Shown piece by piece: positions 1-12,659 of a DNA stretch of 64,000 bases (its first letter is position 1; each line of letters starts with the position of its first letter). Source of the stretch: Macrostomum lignano (lineage: Eukaryota); NCBI GenBank assembly GCA_002269645.1, contig NIVC01001803.1, forward strand, positions 30,123 through 94,122, given 5' to 3'. Both the position numbers and the translations under genes were made by a program. The notes below the pieces were generated by a model. The model made no database searches. It saw nothing but the letters and a program-made list of their open reading frames with translations, and was not told where the DNA came from.

Positions 1-570
1 GGGACTGGAGCTGGGGCTGGGGCTGGAGCTGAGGCTGGGACTGGAGCTGGGGCTGGGACTGGGGCTTGGACTGGAGCTGGGGCTGGGACTGGAGCTGGGG
101 CTGGGGCTGGGGCTGGAGCTGGAGCTGGGGCTGGGACTGTAGCTGGGGCTGGGGCTGGAGCTGGGGCTGGGACTGGAGCTGGGGCTGGGGTTGGAGCTGA
201 GGCTGGGACTGGAGCTGGGGCTGGGGCTGGGGCTGGGAGTGGAGCTGGGGCTGGGACTGAAGCTAGGGCTGGGACTGGGGCTGGAGCTGGTGCTGGGACT
301 GGAGCTGGAGCTGGGACTGGGGCTGGAGCTGGGACTGGAGCTGGGGCTGGGACTGGAGCTGGGGCTGGGACTGAGGCTGGAGCTGGGGCTGGAGCTGGGG
401 CTGGAGCTGGGGCTGGAGCTGGGGCTGGAGCTGGGGCTGGAGCTGGGGCTGGAGCTGGGGCTGGAGCTGGGGCTGGAGCTGGGGCTGGAGCTGGGGCTGG
501 GATTTGGACTGGGGCTGGTGCTGGGAATGGAGCTGGGGCTGGAGCTGGGGCTGGGACTGGAGACTGGGAC
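1..570. repeat. G-rich hexamer tandem repeat (GGGCTG/GAGCTG/GGACTG)n, running off the window start
   Basis: Directly visible 6-bp periodicity. The 191..601 (LE/LG)n ORF is a translation of the repeat. Confidence 0.97.
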
Positions 571-1052
571 ATACTGTAAATTGTCAAAAAAATTGTTTTG
601 ATTTTGTTTAACAGTGTATCTCTAATAAAAGCGGTGCACTGAGAAATCTTGGCTAATTAGAAATTTGAACCCCCGTTGTTGACGGCGGCGAGCTCAGCCC
701 CGCCTAATTCTGCATCATTTAGAGCTGTCAGCCTCCTCACTGCAGAGAATCTGACCAGCTCATTGTGCTTTCGAACTGACCGCCTTCTGCTCTGCTAAAC
801 AGAAGAAACTCTTGTTAGATCATTCGAGCTGCACCCTTCGGACTGCCTTTGGCTTGGGAAGACCGCTCAGCAACTTCTCAAAGCACCGCTCACTGCACTC
901 TCTTCTCAGCTTTTCTTACCTGACGGAGCAGCACCTGGCAGGCTGCACACTTGTGCAACTGCTGGCAGCCCAGCCCCATCTCCACGTGCCTGCCCTCTGT
1001 CGGGTCTCCTGCCGCTGCCCCGCTCCGCAGCAGCAGCTCTGAGTCAGTGCGA

Positions 1053-1937
1053 ATCGGATCCCAGCTCAGCTTCTCTATTCTCCATCAGATCCCAGCTCAG
1101 CTTCTCTATTCTCCATCAGATCCCAGCTCAGCTTCTCTATTTTCCATCAGATTCCAGCTCAGCTTCTCTACTCTCCATCAGATCCCAGCTCAGCTTCTCT
1201 ATTCTCCATCAGATCCCAGCTCAGCTTCTCTATTCTCCATCAGATCCCAGCTCAGCTTCTCTACTCTCCATCAGATCCCAGCTCAGCTTCTCTATTTTCC
1301 ATCAGATCCCAGCTCAGCTTCTCTATTCTCCATCAGATCCCAGCTCAGCTTCTCTATTTTCCATCAGATCCCAGCTCAGCTTCTCTATTTTCCATCAGAT
1401 CCCAGCTCAGCTTCTCTACTCTCCATCAGATCCCAACTCAGCTTCTCTACTCTCCATCAGATCCCAGCTCAGCTTCTCTATTTTCCATCAGATCCCAGCT
1501 CAGCTTCTCTACTCTCCATCAGATCCCAGCTCAGCTTCTCTACTCTCCATCAGATCCCAGCTCAGCTTCTCTACTCTCCATCAGATCCCAGCTCAGCTTC
1601 TCTATTCTCCATCAGATCCCAGCTCAGCTTCTCTATTCTCCATCAGATCCCAGCTCAGCTTCTCTATTTTCCATCAGATCCCAGCTCAGCTTCTCTACTC
1701 TCCATCAGATCCCAGCTCAGCTTCTCTATTTTCCATCAGATCCCAGCTCAGCTTCTCTACTCTCCATCAGATCCCAGCTCAGCTTCTCTACTCTCCATCA
1801 GATCCCAGCTCAGCTTCTCTACTCTCCATCAGATCCCAGCTCAGCTTCTCTATTCTCCATCAGATCCCAGCTCATCTTCTCTATTCTCCATCAGATCCCA
1901 GCTCAGCTTCTCTATTCTCCATCAGATCCCAGCTCAG
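1053..1937. repeat. 31-bp minisatellite, about 28 copies (ATCAGATCCCAGCTCAGCTTCTCTAYTYTCC)
   Basis: Unit read directly. The 951..1967 ORF has the 31-aa period expected from a 31-bp unit. Confidence 0.96.
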
Positions 1938-2449
1938 ACTCCGTCCAATAAAATTTGCTTTCTCTAGTTTTTAGAAACCTAAAGAAGCAAAAAAAGTGCA
2001 GCTGGCCGCCAGCCCAGCCTCCGCCCGTCATATCTGAGCACAGACGCGAAGGTGCAGTGGGGGACAGGCAGGTTGCTCAAGCACAATGCAGAATCTCCAT
2101 TGTGCAAGGCAGGGGCTGCAACTCAGACAATCGCCAATTGAATCTCGCTTTGGCAGTGGCTTCAAAATGCCTGACTAAAATATGCGATATACATGTATGA
2201 GACAGCCTGACAAAATGAATTCAGCTCAGTGTCTCTGCCCTCTCATGCTGAGATCTCTGACGCTCTCAGTTTTAGATTTGCGGAGTTGTCTTGCGCCCAC
2301 CAGCTATCGTCTGCACAAGGACCACTAGGAATTCACTTCAAGTCTAGCAGTCCTTGCGTTTGCATTGAGCCAGTTCTGCTTAGCATTGCCTATGAGCTCA
2401 AGAAATTTTTGTGCCTGGAGTTAGAGTTGTAGTTCTGCCATCTCTTTAC

Positions 2450-3024
2450 TCTCTCTGCTCTAATCTCTCTGCAGCTGGCTCTACTCTCTCTGCAGCTGCT
2501 CTAATCTCTCTGCAGCTGGCTCTACTCTCTCTGCAGCTGCTCTAATCTCTCTGCAGCTGGCTCTACTCTCTCTGCAGCTTCTCTACACTCTCTGCAGCTT
2601 CTCTACTCTCTCTGCAGCTGCTCTACTATCTCTGCAGCTGTCTCTACTCTCTCTGCAGCTGCTCTAATCTCTCTGCAGCTGCTCTAATCTCTCTGCAGCT
2701 GGCTCTACTCTCTCTGCAGCTTCTCTACACTCTCTGCAGCTTCTCTACTCTCTCTGCAGCTGCTCTACTATCTCTGCAGCTGCTCTAATCTCTCTGCAGC
2801 TGGCTCTACTCTCTCTGCAGCTTCTCTACACTCTCTGCAGCTTCTCTACTCTCTCTGCAGCTGCTCTACTATCTCTGCAGCTGCTCTAATCTCTCTGCAG
2901 CTGGCTCTACTCTCTCTGCAGCTTCTCTACACTCTCTGCAGCTTCTCTACTCTCTCTGCAGCTGCTCTACTATCTCTGCAGCTGTCTCTACTATCTCTGC
3001 AGCTGTCTCTACTATCTCTGCAGC
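2450..3024. repeat. About 20-21-bp pyrimidine-rich minisatellite (CTCTACTCTCTCTGCAGCTG variants) with higher-order repetition
   Basis: Directly visible tandem units with recurring variant order. Confidence 0.93.
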
Positions 3025-3904
3025 TAATATTTCAGAATCTCACTCTCTTTCACTCCCCTAATTTCATACAATTTTTTCAGCAGTTGAGTTAAACAAACAC
3101 GACAGCCCCTCAGTGCTGAGAGTTGTGCAGTTCCGATATGCTAGAGAGTCACACATGAGTATATTTGATCGATTCGTCAGTAGAGCTCAAAAAAGCGACA
3201 GCAACTGATGAGAAATAGCAAAGAGCTTCAGTACAAATTGGCATTTGAGCAGCTTGAGGGAGGGCAGAGAGTAAAAGACTGGTGGGGAGGAGAAACAAAC
3301 AGGCCGTAACGCATGCGGTGCAGATAAACAGTTTGTGCTCAAAATTAAAAGTTCATGGGAGCATCTGGCACTCAGTCTAAGGGAAATTAAAGCAGTCATA
3401 GCCTATGTCTGCGGGAAATTTATAAAACTGTTCTGAGATAAAGGCGAAAATCGGGACAACTCGAGACAAGAAATTGAAAAGTTGAATAAATTTTGTCTGA
3501 CATTCAAGCAGGCTAAACAAAATATTTGAGCCGAGTCAAAAATTTGCAGTTTGTTGGAAAATCCTCCTTAATTGATTACAAAGTGCTGGAAAAATTATAA
3601 AGCGGTCTCAATGCCATTCAATTCCTGAATGCGACTTTGTAGAAATAGGACTTAGCACTCGTAGTTAAAGTTAGATTAGCCAGTCACAGACAATTCGATA
3701 AAACTTTTGTATGTTTTATTTGCGCTAAAGTACAAAGCACAAAACTAAAAGTGCATACGCTGGTATCAAAACTTTCGTTGAAATGTTGAAATCGAAACGC
3801 TAACCGAAGCATGCATATCATTACATGTAGGGATGAAATTAGGGAAAGTTCAAAGACAATTATTGTAAGCTAGACTGCAAAAGCAGAAATTTTCAGACAC
3901 AGTT

Positions 3905-4873
3905 TTAAAACCATCTCGGCTTAGCTCGTAGCGTATACGAGCCAGGCTTTTTCGTCAGGAACTCGTGCTCCAGCAACTGCTGCGCTGAGTTTCTCTCGCT
4001 GCGGGTCTTGGCGGTGCAGCGGCTGTAGAAGTCCCTCAGCTCTGCGGACCGGCCGTCCGGCAATGCGGGCGCGCCCCTCCTGTCAAGATATTGGGCCATT
4101 TCCCAGAAGCTTTTGAATCTGGAGAACGGTCTGGCACCGGACGCCATCTGGAAGACCAAGCAGCCGAATGCCCAGATGTCCGACTCTCTGCTGCTGCTGC
4201 ATTGCATGCTGTCAAAGGTCCCAATTCCGAGCAGCTCCGGCGCCAAGAAGTTCAGAGTGCCTTTGGGTGACTGAGTGGAGGCTGAGATGTGGCTGACTGA
4301 CTGCTCCAGCTTGATTGACAGACCGAAGTCGATCAGCTTGATTCGCGTGTTGTCAGCACAAACAATTATGTTGGAGCAGTTGATGTCTCTGTGGATCACG
4401 GGCGGCTGTCGGCAGTGCAGGTAGAGCAGCGCGCGGCAGATCTGCGAGCGGTCGGTCAGTGAGCAGTCATCATTCATTGGAAAATGGAACAGGAGCATCA
4501 AGGATGCACAATGCTCACCTGCTCGCTGAAGTCTCGAATCTTTGGCTCGTCCAGCGGCTTGTTGTTGATAAACCTCTCCAAGCTCCGGCCGTCCAGCAGC
4601 TCCATGAACACAACGACTGTGGCGGGCTCCGTCTGAGCGATGTGCAAGAACCTGACGATGTTGGGATGCCGCAGTCGGCACAGGTTTTTCTCGCTCTCAA
4701 CAGCTTTATCGATATTCTTCATTTTCGTCTCCTTCTGATCGCCGAGCTGCACAGGCAGTCTGAGAGTCTTGGCGGCGCACCTGATGCCTCTGTCAGTGAC
4801 AACTTCCTGGATGTCACCAAAAAATCCCCTGGCAACAAAGCGAATGGAGTCCCAGCTGTCCTTGAAAACGGAG
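3905..4873 (-). CDS. Protein kinase domain A1 (STE/MAP3K-like fold, atypical catalytic loop); exons 4873-4519 and 4441-3905
   Basis: Spliced translation: SVFKDSWDSIRFVARGFFGDIQEV..CAAKTL..ESEKNL..FSEQ|ICRALLYLH..HRDINCSN..DFG..GTLNFLAPE..SDIWAFG. A 77-bp GT-AG intron lies at 4442-4518 and a phase-2 acceptor (TTCCAACAG) at 4874. Confidence 0.85.
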
Positions 4874-5291
4874 CTGTTGGAACAATTTGGAAAGCGAGTC
4901 AGAAAGCGTTGAGCCGCTTATCAGAATTTTTGGCATCGCCTGACAGAAAGGCTAAAATAAGGAGATGCACGGGAGCCTCAGCAGATGGAGGGATTGGTTG
5001 GATTTCATATTCAGTAAAACTCAGCTGCTTATAATTTGCAGCAACTCCCTCGAACTGTTTTTGAGTCTGAGCAGGGCTTCTGCTTTATCAAAGAAATTGA
5101 GCTCAATTCTATTACTCTTAGATTCAAGCTGGCGCTTCGGTGCCCACTGCTCAAAGTAGACGGCGCATCTTTAGCGTGAGCACAGGGAGCCGCTTGACTA
5201 CTGATAGAAAAATGTTACACTGGTCTCCCCTCAGCATGAGCATCATATCGCACAGGTATCTCAGGCTAGCCGAATTACTGTAAATTTGTAC

Positions 5292-6220
5292 CTCACGATA
5301 AGAAACTCGTGCCCCATCAGCTCCAGAGCGGATTTTCTGCTTTTGCGGTCCATGGCGGTGCAGCGGCTGTAGAAGTCCTGCAGCTCCGCTGAGCAGCCCG
5401 TCGGCAGGGTGGGGGCGCCGCTGCTTCTCAGCTTCTCGGGCAGCGTGTGTCGCATTTTGTGTTCAGCGAAGGGCCGCCTGCCCGAGGCCATCTGGAAGAC
5501 CGAGCAGCCGAACGCCCAGATGTCCGACTCTCTGCTGTACCGCGGGTTGTCCGACTCCTCCGGTGCCAGCAGCTCCGGAGCCATGAAGTTCAGAGTGCCT
5601 TTGGGTGACTGAGTGGAGGCTGACATGTGGCTGACTGACTGCTCCAGCTTGATTGACAGGCCGAAGTCGATCAGCTTGATTCGCGTGTTGTCAGCACAAA
5701 CAATTATGTTCGAGCAGTTGATGTCTCTGTGGATCACGGGCGGCTGCCGGCTGTGCAGGTAGAGCAGCGCGCGGCAGATCTGCGAGCGGTCGGTCAGTGA
5801 GCAGTCATCATTCATGGGAAAATGGAACAGGAGCATCAAGGATGCACAATGCTCACCTGCTCGCTGAAGTCTCGAATAGTCAGCTCGTCCAGCGGCTTGT
5901 TGTTGATAAACCTCTCCAAGCTCCGGCCGTCCAGCAGCTCCATGAACACAACGACTATGGCGGGCTCCGGCTGAGCGATGTGCAAGAACGTGACGATGTT
6001 GGGATGCCGCAGTCGGCACAGGTTTTTCTCGCTCTCGACAGCTCTGTGGATCTCTGTGCTCACAGAGTCCAGCTCATCACCGAGCTGCACAGGCAGTCTG
6101 AGAGTCTTGGCAGCGCACGTGACGCCCGTGTCAGTTCGAACTTCGTGGACATCGCCGAAGCCTCCGCGGCCGATGAGGCGAACGACGTCCCAGCGCTCCA
6201 GGAACGGGGGGCCTTCGGGT
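5292..6220 (-). CDS. Protein kinase domain A2; exons 6220-5857 and 5779-5292
   Basis: PEGPPFLERWDVVRLIGRGGFGDV..CAAK..ESEKNL..HRDINCSN..DFG..GTLNFMAPE..SDIWAFG..HEFLIV. A 77-bp intron lies at 5780-5856, the acceptor CCCCTCAG at 6221-6222, and a candidate phase-2 donor AG|GTACAA at 5291. Confidence 0.88.
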
Positions 6221-6251
6221 CTGAGGGGATGCGAATTGAGGGATAATTTGC

Positions 6252-7648
6252 ATGCTGTCGCTGTGTGCTGTAGCTGTGTGCTGTAGCTGTGTGTGCTGTC
6301 GCTGTGTGCTGTAGCTGTGTGTTCTGTAGCTGTGTGCTGTAGCTGTGTGTGCTGTAGCTGTGTGCTGTAGCTGTATGTGCTGTAGCTGTGTGTGCTGTAG
6401 CTGTGTGTGCTGTAGCTGTGTGTGCTGTAGCTGTGTGTGCTGTAGCTGTGTGTGCTGTATCTGTGTGTGCTGTAGCTGTATGTGCTGTAGCTGTGTGCTG
6501 TAGCTGTGTGTGCTGTAGCTGTATGTGCTGTAGCTGTGTGCTGTAGCTGTATGTGCTGTAGCTGTGTGCTGTAGCTGTGTGTGCTGTAGCTGTGTGTGCT
6601 GTAGCTGTGTGCTGTAGCTGTGTGTGCTGTAGCTGTGTGCTGTAGCTGTGTGTGCTGTAGCTGTGTGTGCTGTAGCTGTGTGTGCTGTATCTGTGTGTGC
6701 TGTAGCTGTATGTGCTGTAGCTGTGTGCTGTAGCTGTGTGTGCTGTAGCTGTGTGTGCTGTAGCTGTGTGCTGTAGCTGTGTGTGCTGTAGCTGTGTGCG
6801 CTGTAGCTGTGTGTGCTGTAGCTGTGTGTGCTGTAGCTGTGTGTGCTGTAGCTGTGTGTGCTGTATCTGTGTGTGCTGTAGCTGTATGTGCTGTAGCTGT
6901 GTGCTGTAGCTGTGTGTGCTGTAGCTGTGTGTGCTGTAGCTGTGTGCTGTAGCTGTGTGTGCTGTAGCTGTATGTGCTGTAGCTGTGTGCTGTAGCTGTG
7001 TGTGCTGTAGCTGTGTGTGCTGTAGCTGTGTGCTGTAGCTGTGTGTGCTGTAGCTGTGTGCTGTAGCTGTGTGTGCTGTAGCTGTGTGTGCTGTAGCTGT
7101 GTGTGCTGTAGCTGTGTGTGCTGTATCTGTGTGTGCTGTAGCTGTATGTGCTGTAGCTGTGTGCTGTAGCTGTGTGTGCTGTAGCTGTGTGTGCTGTAGC
7201 TGTGTGCTGTAGCTGTGTGTGCTGTAGCTGTGTGCGCTGTAGCTGTGTGTGCTGTAGCTGTGTGTGCTGTAGCTGTGTGTGCTGTAGCTGTGTGTGCTGT
7301 ATCTGTGTGTGCTGTAGCTGTATGTGCTGTAGCTGTGTGCTGTAGCTGTGTGTGCTGTAGCTGTGTGTGCTGTAGCTGTGTGCTGTAGCTGTGTGTGCTG
7401 TAGCTGTGTGCGCTGTAGCTGTGTGTGCTGTAGCTGTGTGTGCTGTAGCTGTGTGTGCTGTAGCTGTGTGTGCTGTATCTGTGTGTGCTGTAGCTGTATG
7501 TGCTGTAGCTGTGTGCTGTAGCTGTGTGTGCTGTAGCTGTGTGCGCTGTAGCTGTGTGTGCTGTAGCTGTGTGCGCTGTAGCTGTGTGCTGTAGCTGTGT
7601 GTGCTGTAGCTGTGTGTGTTGTAGCTGTGTGTGCTGTAGCTGTGTGCG
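6252..7648. repeat. Intronic 13/15-bp minisatellite (GCTGTAGCTGTGT[GT]) in the ankyrin-to-kinase intron
   Basis: Directly visible. The same repeat occupies the equivalent intron position in copies B (20755-20945) and C (29348-29385). Confidence 0.95.
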
Positions 7649-8145
7649 GTACTCATTGATGCTAATCGAAGTAGCCCTCTCTTTCAAATCTGAAACATTT
7701 TGACCATGAATTTTTTTAGATTTTTTGGATCCTAAAAATACTTTAATACTAAAAGTTAAATTAATTCATACATATTAAAACATCCAATGTATCAATACAA
7801 TTAATTTTTTACTAATATTACTTGCAAGATTTGTTCTGTTTTAAATTCTGACTTCCATTTCTTCTTTTATTTTGGACTCAGCAAAATGCTTGCTGGTGTC
7901 TCACAGCTCGCAGGCAGCTGAACATTAATATTCAACTGGCAATCTGCAGTCAAACTGCACTGCAAACTCCCTCAATGCAGCTCAGTCAGTCCTTGCTGCC
8001 CATTTAAACTACAAAAATGTAAAAATGCCCACTCAGAGCAACTGCAGTCAGCTGCTCAAAATTCAATCATAAATTATTACAGTATAGTTTTTATCAATGA
8101 TAAATCAAAGTCAGAGAGACATTCTCAGTCGACATCGAAACTCAC

Positions 8146-8683
8146 CCACGCGGCAGCTCAGCCAGTTCGCTTTTCCACCCAGCAGCCAGAGCAGTCCTGC
8201 CGCCTCTGGCCTTCAGGCTCCCATCCGCCACTGAGTCAAGCGATTTCCACCGATTCCCGGCATTGTAGGAGGCTCCAGCAGCCAGCAGAGCGGAGGCTGC
8301 GGCAGAATTGCCAGCACTGGCTGCATGGTGCAGACAACTGGCAGCTACTATATCCACACAGGTGGGGTCACCCAGCTGCACCAGCTGCTCCCACAGAGCC
8401 TCATCACCGCACGTGCAGTTCCGAGCTGCATGCATCAACGCGGTGCGACCCCATTTGTCAGGAAGGTCGCAGCTGCCGCGGGTCGCCGCTCGCCGCAGCC
8501 CCGCCCAGTCGCCCGCCTCGGCCAGCCGCTGCAGTTTGTGTCGATCCGCCTCCTCCTGCAAAGGCAAGCGGGAAATTTGAGCACAGCTGCTCAGCTGCAG
8601 CCGCATCGGCACCGCAGATGCCGCTCACCTGGGCTGTCAGGCCGCAGATATCGCCATGTGCATCCAAAATTAGCCGCATCTCC
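8146..8683 (-). CDS. Second ankyrin-repeat block of gene A (exons 8683-8629 and 8555-8146), splicing in phase 2 to kinase A2
   Basis: EEADRHKLQRLAEAGDW..DKWGRTALMHAA..SCLHHAASAGN..GRTAL..LAELPR. The donor CGTGG|GTGAGT (8145) is phase 2 and matches the kinase acceptor CAG|A CCC GAA (6221), giving ..LPR-G-PEGPPF. Confidence 0.78.
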
Positions 8684-9218
8684 CTGCAACAGCAGCAAAT
8701 TTGCGATTTTCTCAAATCCGAAAACTACGATTGCCAAAAACGTCTGTACAATATAATTTTTATGATAAATTTAGTAAAAACAAATTCCTTAATTATTTGA
8801 GCTGCTCGCAGATGGAGTTTCCAAGAGGACTGCAGCAGCTCTGCAACAATCAGCATTGGCGAGAGCGTATCCGACTTCTCACATGCAGCTCATTTTCCAT
8901 TTCTGCAGCATGAGTTTCCTTCCATCTCACAATGTCTCACAAAGCATTCACGTACAGCCTCCCAGTTCTCCATCTGCAGCTCAACCCACACACTCTCACT
9001 GCACACCGAGGCCCTACAGCTTCCATTCTCGACTGAGATCAACCGGCACCCTATTGACTGGGAGGCAGCCAGCCAATCACAGCTCTCGCCCATCAAGCGG
9101 TTAGCCAGAGACAAGATCAGCTGACTGGCTCTGATTGGCTGGCCTGAGACTGCAGCTCTGGCCACCCCAGCCGAATGCTGCAAAACTTGATGAACACAGC
9201 AGCGAACTGCTCACTCAC

Positions 9219-9947
9219 CGCTCGATGTAGCTGGCCAGCTCTGGGTAGCCGCTGCGCCTCGCCAGGTCCGACGCAGAACGACGCTCGCGATTCTTCAGTC
9301 CGATCAGCCGCGACCTTTTCGAGTTTTCACGATTCTCATACTCGTTGAACCCGTCCTGCCTGAGCAGGTGCAGTAGGTGCTTGACGCATTTCCAGCTTCC
9401 AGTCCGCGCCGCCTCAATCAGCGGAGTGGCGCCGTTGTCGTTCCGCAGCCACTTCGCATCGAACGACTGCAGCGTCAGCAGCCGCAGGTGGTCCCGCCGG
9501 GCTGCCAGGTGCGCAGCCGTGTCGCCATTCGCGTCAGCCGCCTTGGGGTTCGCGCCCAGCTCAAATAAGTACAAGATGCACTTTTCAGTGTGCACGGGAG
9601 TCTCAGGAGCGTCGGCCACCAGCATGAGGACGGTCCGACGAGCTGCATCAGCGCTGGTGACCAGCTTGCGCGTTGCCAGCCGCCGCACCTGTCCGAAGTC
9701 ACCTCGGATGACGTCGTGAGCGAGAGTGTGGAGATCGGCTGGTGAGTCTCCGACTCTTGCCCGGTTTCTGGGGTCCGGCTGAGTGAGTTTCTGCAACTGC
9801 AATCGAGGCACCCAAGCTGCACATTCAAACATGTGAGTGAGTTGCTGCAACTGCATTTGAGAATAAAATATTACTAAGCTTGCATTTGTTTAACTTAACT
9901 CTACTTACTTTTTCGTCAGGAAATGGTAATATCCATGGCTCCATCAT
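9219..9947 (-). CDS. N-terminal exons and first ankyrin-repeat block of gene A (exons 9947-9909 and 9850-9219)
   Basis: MMEPWILPFPDEK|LQQLTHMF..ARRTVLMLVA..DANGDTAAHLAARRDH..NDNGATPLIEAARTG..RRSASDLARRSG. Canonical GTAAGT and GTGAGT donors. The start codon is inferred. Confidence 0.75.
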
Positions 9948-10403
9948 GACTGGAGCTCAGTCGCAGGTGTCTCAGCTCAGCCCGAGAGTCCGGCAGGGCA
10001 CCGGCCGCCTCTGCAGCAGATTTTATTGGCCCTGGAGCAGCTGCAGCGAACTCCTTCTCAAACTGCCTGCTCAGATTGCGGCTGCTTTTGCTGGCTTGTG
10101 CGGTCGCCTCTGCCCAGCTTTCTGCCTCTCCCATTGGCTCTGAGGTAACAGCAGAACTGCTGCAATATCAGTGCGTGGCTACTTGAGTTAGTAGTGCATT
10201 GAGCAGGCGTGAATCAGATTGAGCCCTGAGTGTGCAGTCAGATTAAACGAGAAAGTAGTTAGCAATATTGAGTGATTTTTTAAAGAGATTAAAAATTATC
10301 AATTGAAGGTATCAAGCTGAAATGAATTAATCCCAAATGTTTTATTAATTATTCATTTTATTCATTGAAAGAAATTCGGTTTGTGATTTGACTCATATTT
10401 TTG

Positions 10404-10700
10404 TGTGATATCCTAAAACGCTGTTGTCGAAAGTTTTAAGTAAAAAAACAAATCCAGCTCATTTCTGTGGCTGCGTTTTTAATTACTGTGTGGTTTATCT
10501 TCACCTTCCTGGCTTGGCAGCAACTTCTTGACGCAGCACTTTGGCCATCGAAACGAGTTCTTAAGCGAAAGTGCGTACGCACTAATATCATATCCTCCAT
10601 TTTGTTGTAGCCTGTCTGGTGATGCACCAACTCGAGTTTGGTACTGCCGCATGGTGGAGCCTCCACGGTTCTCCGCTGTCGTCGGTGTTTGAGTTTCTGT
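10404..10700 (-). mobile_element. Decayed Gypsy 3' end: pol C-terminus, purine tract and LTR remnant
   Basis: The minus strand reads MRQYQTRVGASPDRLQQ, similar to RRYPTRVRAPPDRLMLQ at the end of the intact element. It is followed by AATGGAGGATA and a TGATAT...ATATCACA bounded segment. Confidence 0.55.
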
Positions 10701-11329
10701 TCTCCGGAGTGTGATAGATCAGCTATGCTGCTTGTTTCAAGTGGTAGAAGAACACGTGAGAGCTATCGAAGCTCTGATGTCTGTATTTATATTGTAAAGC
10801 GATGCTACGTGCGCAAGAGCAATGACATAATTTTAGCGTACACAGATTGCCCATAACTCAATTGACAATAACTCAAACCTAACGTGCCAAGCTTGCGTAG
10901 ATAATAAGAGATAAAGAAATAATAAGAAAGTACAAATACGAATCAATACTCACACTGGGTGCATGCACATACTAGAGATTACGATTTCTGACTTGATAAA
11001 ATGGGAGATCGGTATCGGTACCCGGAGATCCTGATCAAAGCTTAGTTTTGAACTCGTGACGAAGATTGGCAAACGGTGCAGAATCTCCTGGGGACAACAG
11101 AATCTGGTTTAGGATCTCCGGATGGGGAGAACTGACCATGCCCCGGAGATCCCACAATAGATACGGATCTCCCGCGGAGACCCATAACCTTTTGTAGTCT
11201 CCGAAGGCGATCCTAAACCCTTTAAGGTCTCCGGTCGCAGATCCCAGCCCGTTTGCAGTCTCCGAATCGGCGACCTAAAACTGTCCGGAGCCCCGTACGC
11301 TCGTAGATTATAATTCGTAACACGTGTTG

Positions 11330-11770
11330 GCGGCGTGGCGGGAATGCTGCAGATGCGTCAGTTGCCGCAGAGACAGTCGGTGGATCTGAATGAACGGGGA
11401 ACTGGGAAGTTTTTAGCAAATCTGGACTGGGCCCTCTAGCAGCTGCATGGTCCGTGTGCCGGGCCTGCACGGTGCGCCCAGAATCGACAGTGCAGTTTCA
11501 AGCGTCAGGTGTGCAATAACGACTCTCTCAGCTCAGCGATTGCTGGCTGTCGTCGGCTCTGCATGGCCTCGAGAGATTGGAATTGACGTACTGGCTGCTG
11601 CAGCTGCAGTTGCCGTTGCTGCCGCTGCTGCATGCGATCGTGGCCTGGCCGATGGTCGCTGTGTGGAATGGCTCTGAGAAAATGTGCTGAATGCAATTAT
11701 TAGAACTGGTGAGCAGTTCCCTATTTGTTATCATGAATGCATTGCTCACAAGAAACAACCTAAACGCCAA
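11330..11770 (-). mobile_element. Decayed Gypsy integrase C-terminal fragment
   Basis: RMQQRQQRQLQLQQPVRQFQ resembles AMQQRQQHQFQQQRPARQFQ of the 39.7-43.6 kb pol. Confidence 0.7.
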
Positions 11771-12659
11771 ATTTAGTTCCGTGTTTTATTTTACAGTACT
11801 GAGTTTCAAAGTGCTTGCATGTGTAATTTCAGAAAAGTGAAAGATAAGATTTTATATTCGGAACCTTATTCTTTACTTCGAGCCAGATGGTTGCTAGAAT
11901 AACTCGATATGAAAGACGAACTATATGATACGCTATAGAAACGATAAAAAACGAAAAGGCCTTTTGAGCGAGATGCTCTGGGTCGATAGATTTATAAATT
12001 AAGTGAAAGCGTACAATACACGATTGAGCGTAATATCGGGTTTGGCGATCAGTAAAGAGTGAATGTGGTGTGATCAATAATTGGGGGCTGCACGTATGAA
12101 CAGCATAAATATTCTAACCTAATTGAGTGTACATTTAGCTATTGCAAACGAAAAAGTGCAAGAAATACCACGACACAATGGCAGCTCCAGAACACCAGAA
12201 CTGCCGCATGAACCGAGTGCACCCCTTCTTTCCTGTATTTGGATTTGTGCACAAGAGGGAATATTTTTGTTGTAAATTATTTTTTTGAGATGGTGAGGAC
12301 CCTGTACTGATGGTTGAAAGTCGTTGAGATCAGGTTTTGGGCAGCAAAATAGATGCAGTTTGAGGAATGCGAATTGAAAATGAATAATGCGTATAATGAA
12401 TAATCATTAATGAATGATGAATCATTGCTATTTCTTTGGGGATGATACTACATATAGAATCAATGGGGTTATTGAAGCTGTGGAGAATTCTGTTCTGAAA
12501 GTGCCTGATTAGGGATTGGTCAAGCGGCAGGTAAAAGAATTATTATGCTCAAAGATTTTCAAAATATTTCAACCATATTTTTTTGATTTCTTTGGGAATA
12601 CTCGATATAGAATTATGGGATTATAGAGCAATTGGACAAATTGAAAACGCTGTTGACGA

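Noticed and set aside
191-1967. 136-aa (LE/LG)n and 338-aa periodic ORFs
   Set aside because: They are translations of 6-bp and 31-bp tandem repeats with no non-repetitive coding context.
4459-6246. Long plus-strand ORFs opposite the kinases (also near 20293 and 39613-43219)
   Set aside because: Antisense shadows of GC-rich coding sequence with no independent motifs.
5836-7687. 606-aa and 518-aa His/Thr/Ala-rich ORFs apparently fused to the kinase
   Set aside because: The repeat lies within a phase-matched GT-AG intron (6221-8145), and its length varies from 40 to 1400 bp among paralogues.
8890-9183. 97-aa ORF (141 aa in copy B) between the ankyrin blocks
   Set aside because: The frame is not conserved between copies (4-nt indel). 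It is probably a mix of micro-exons and introns that I could not resolve.
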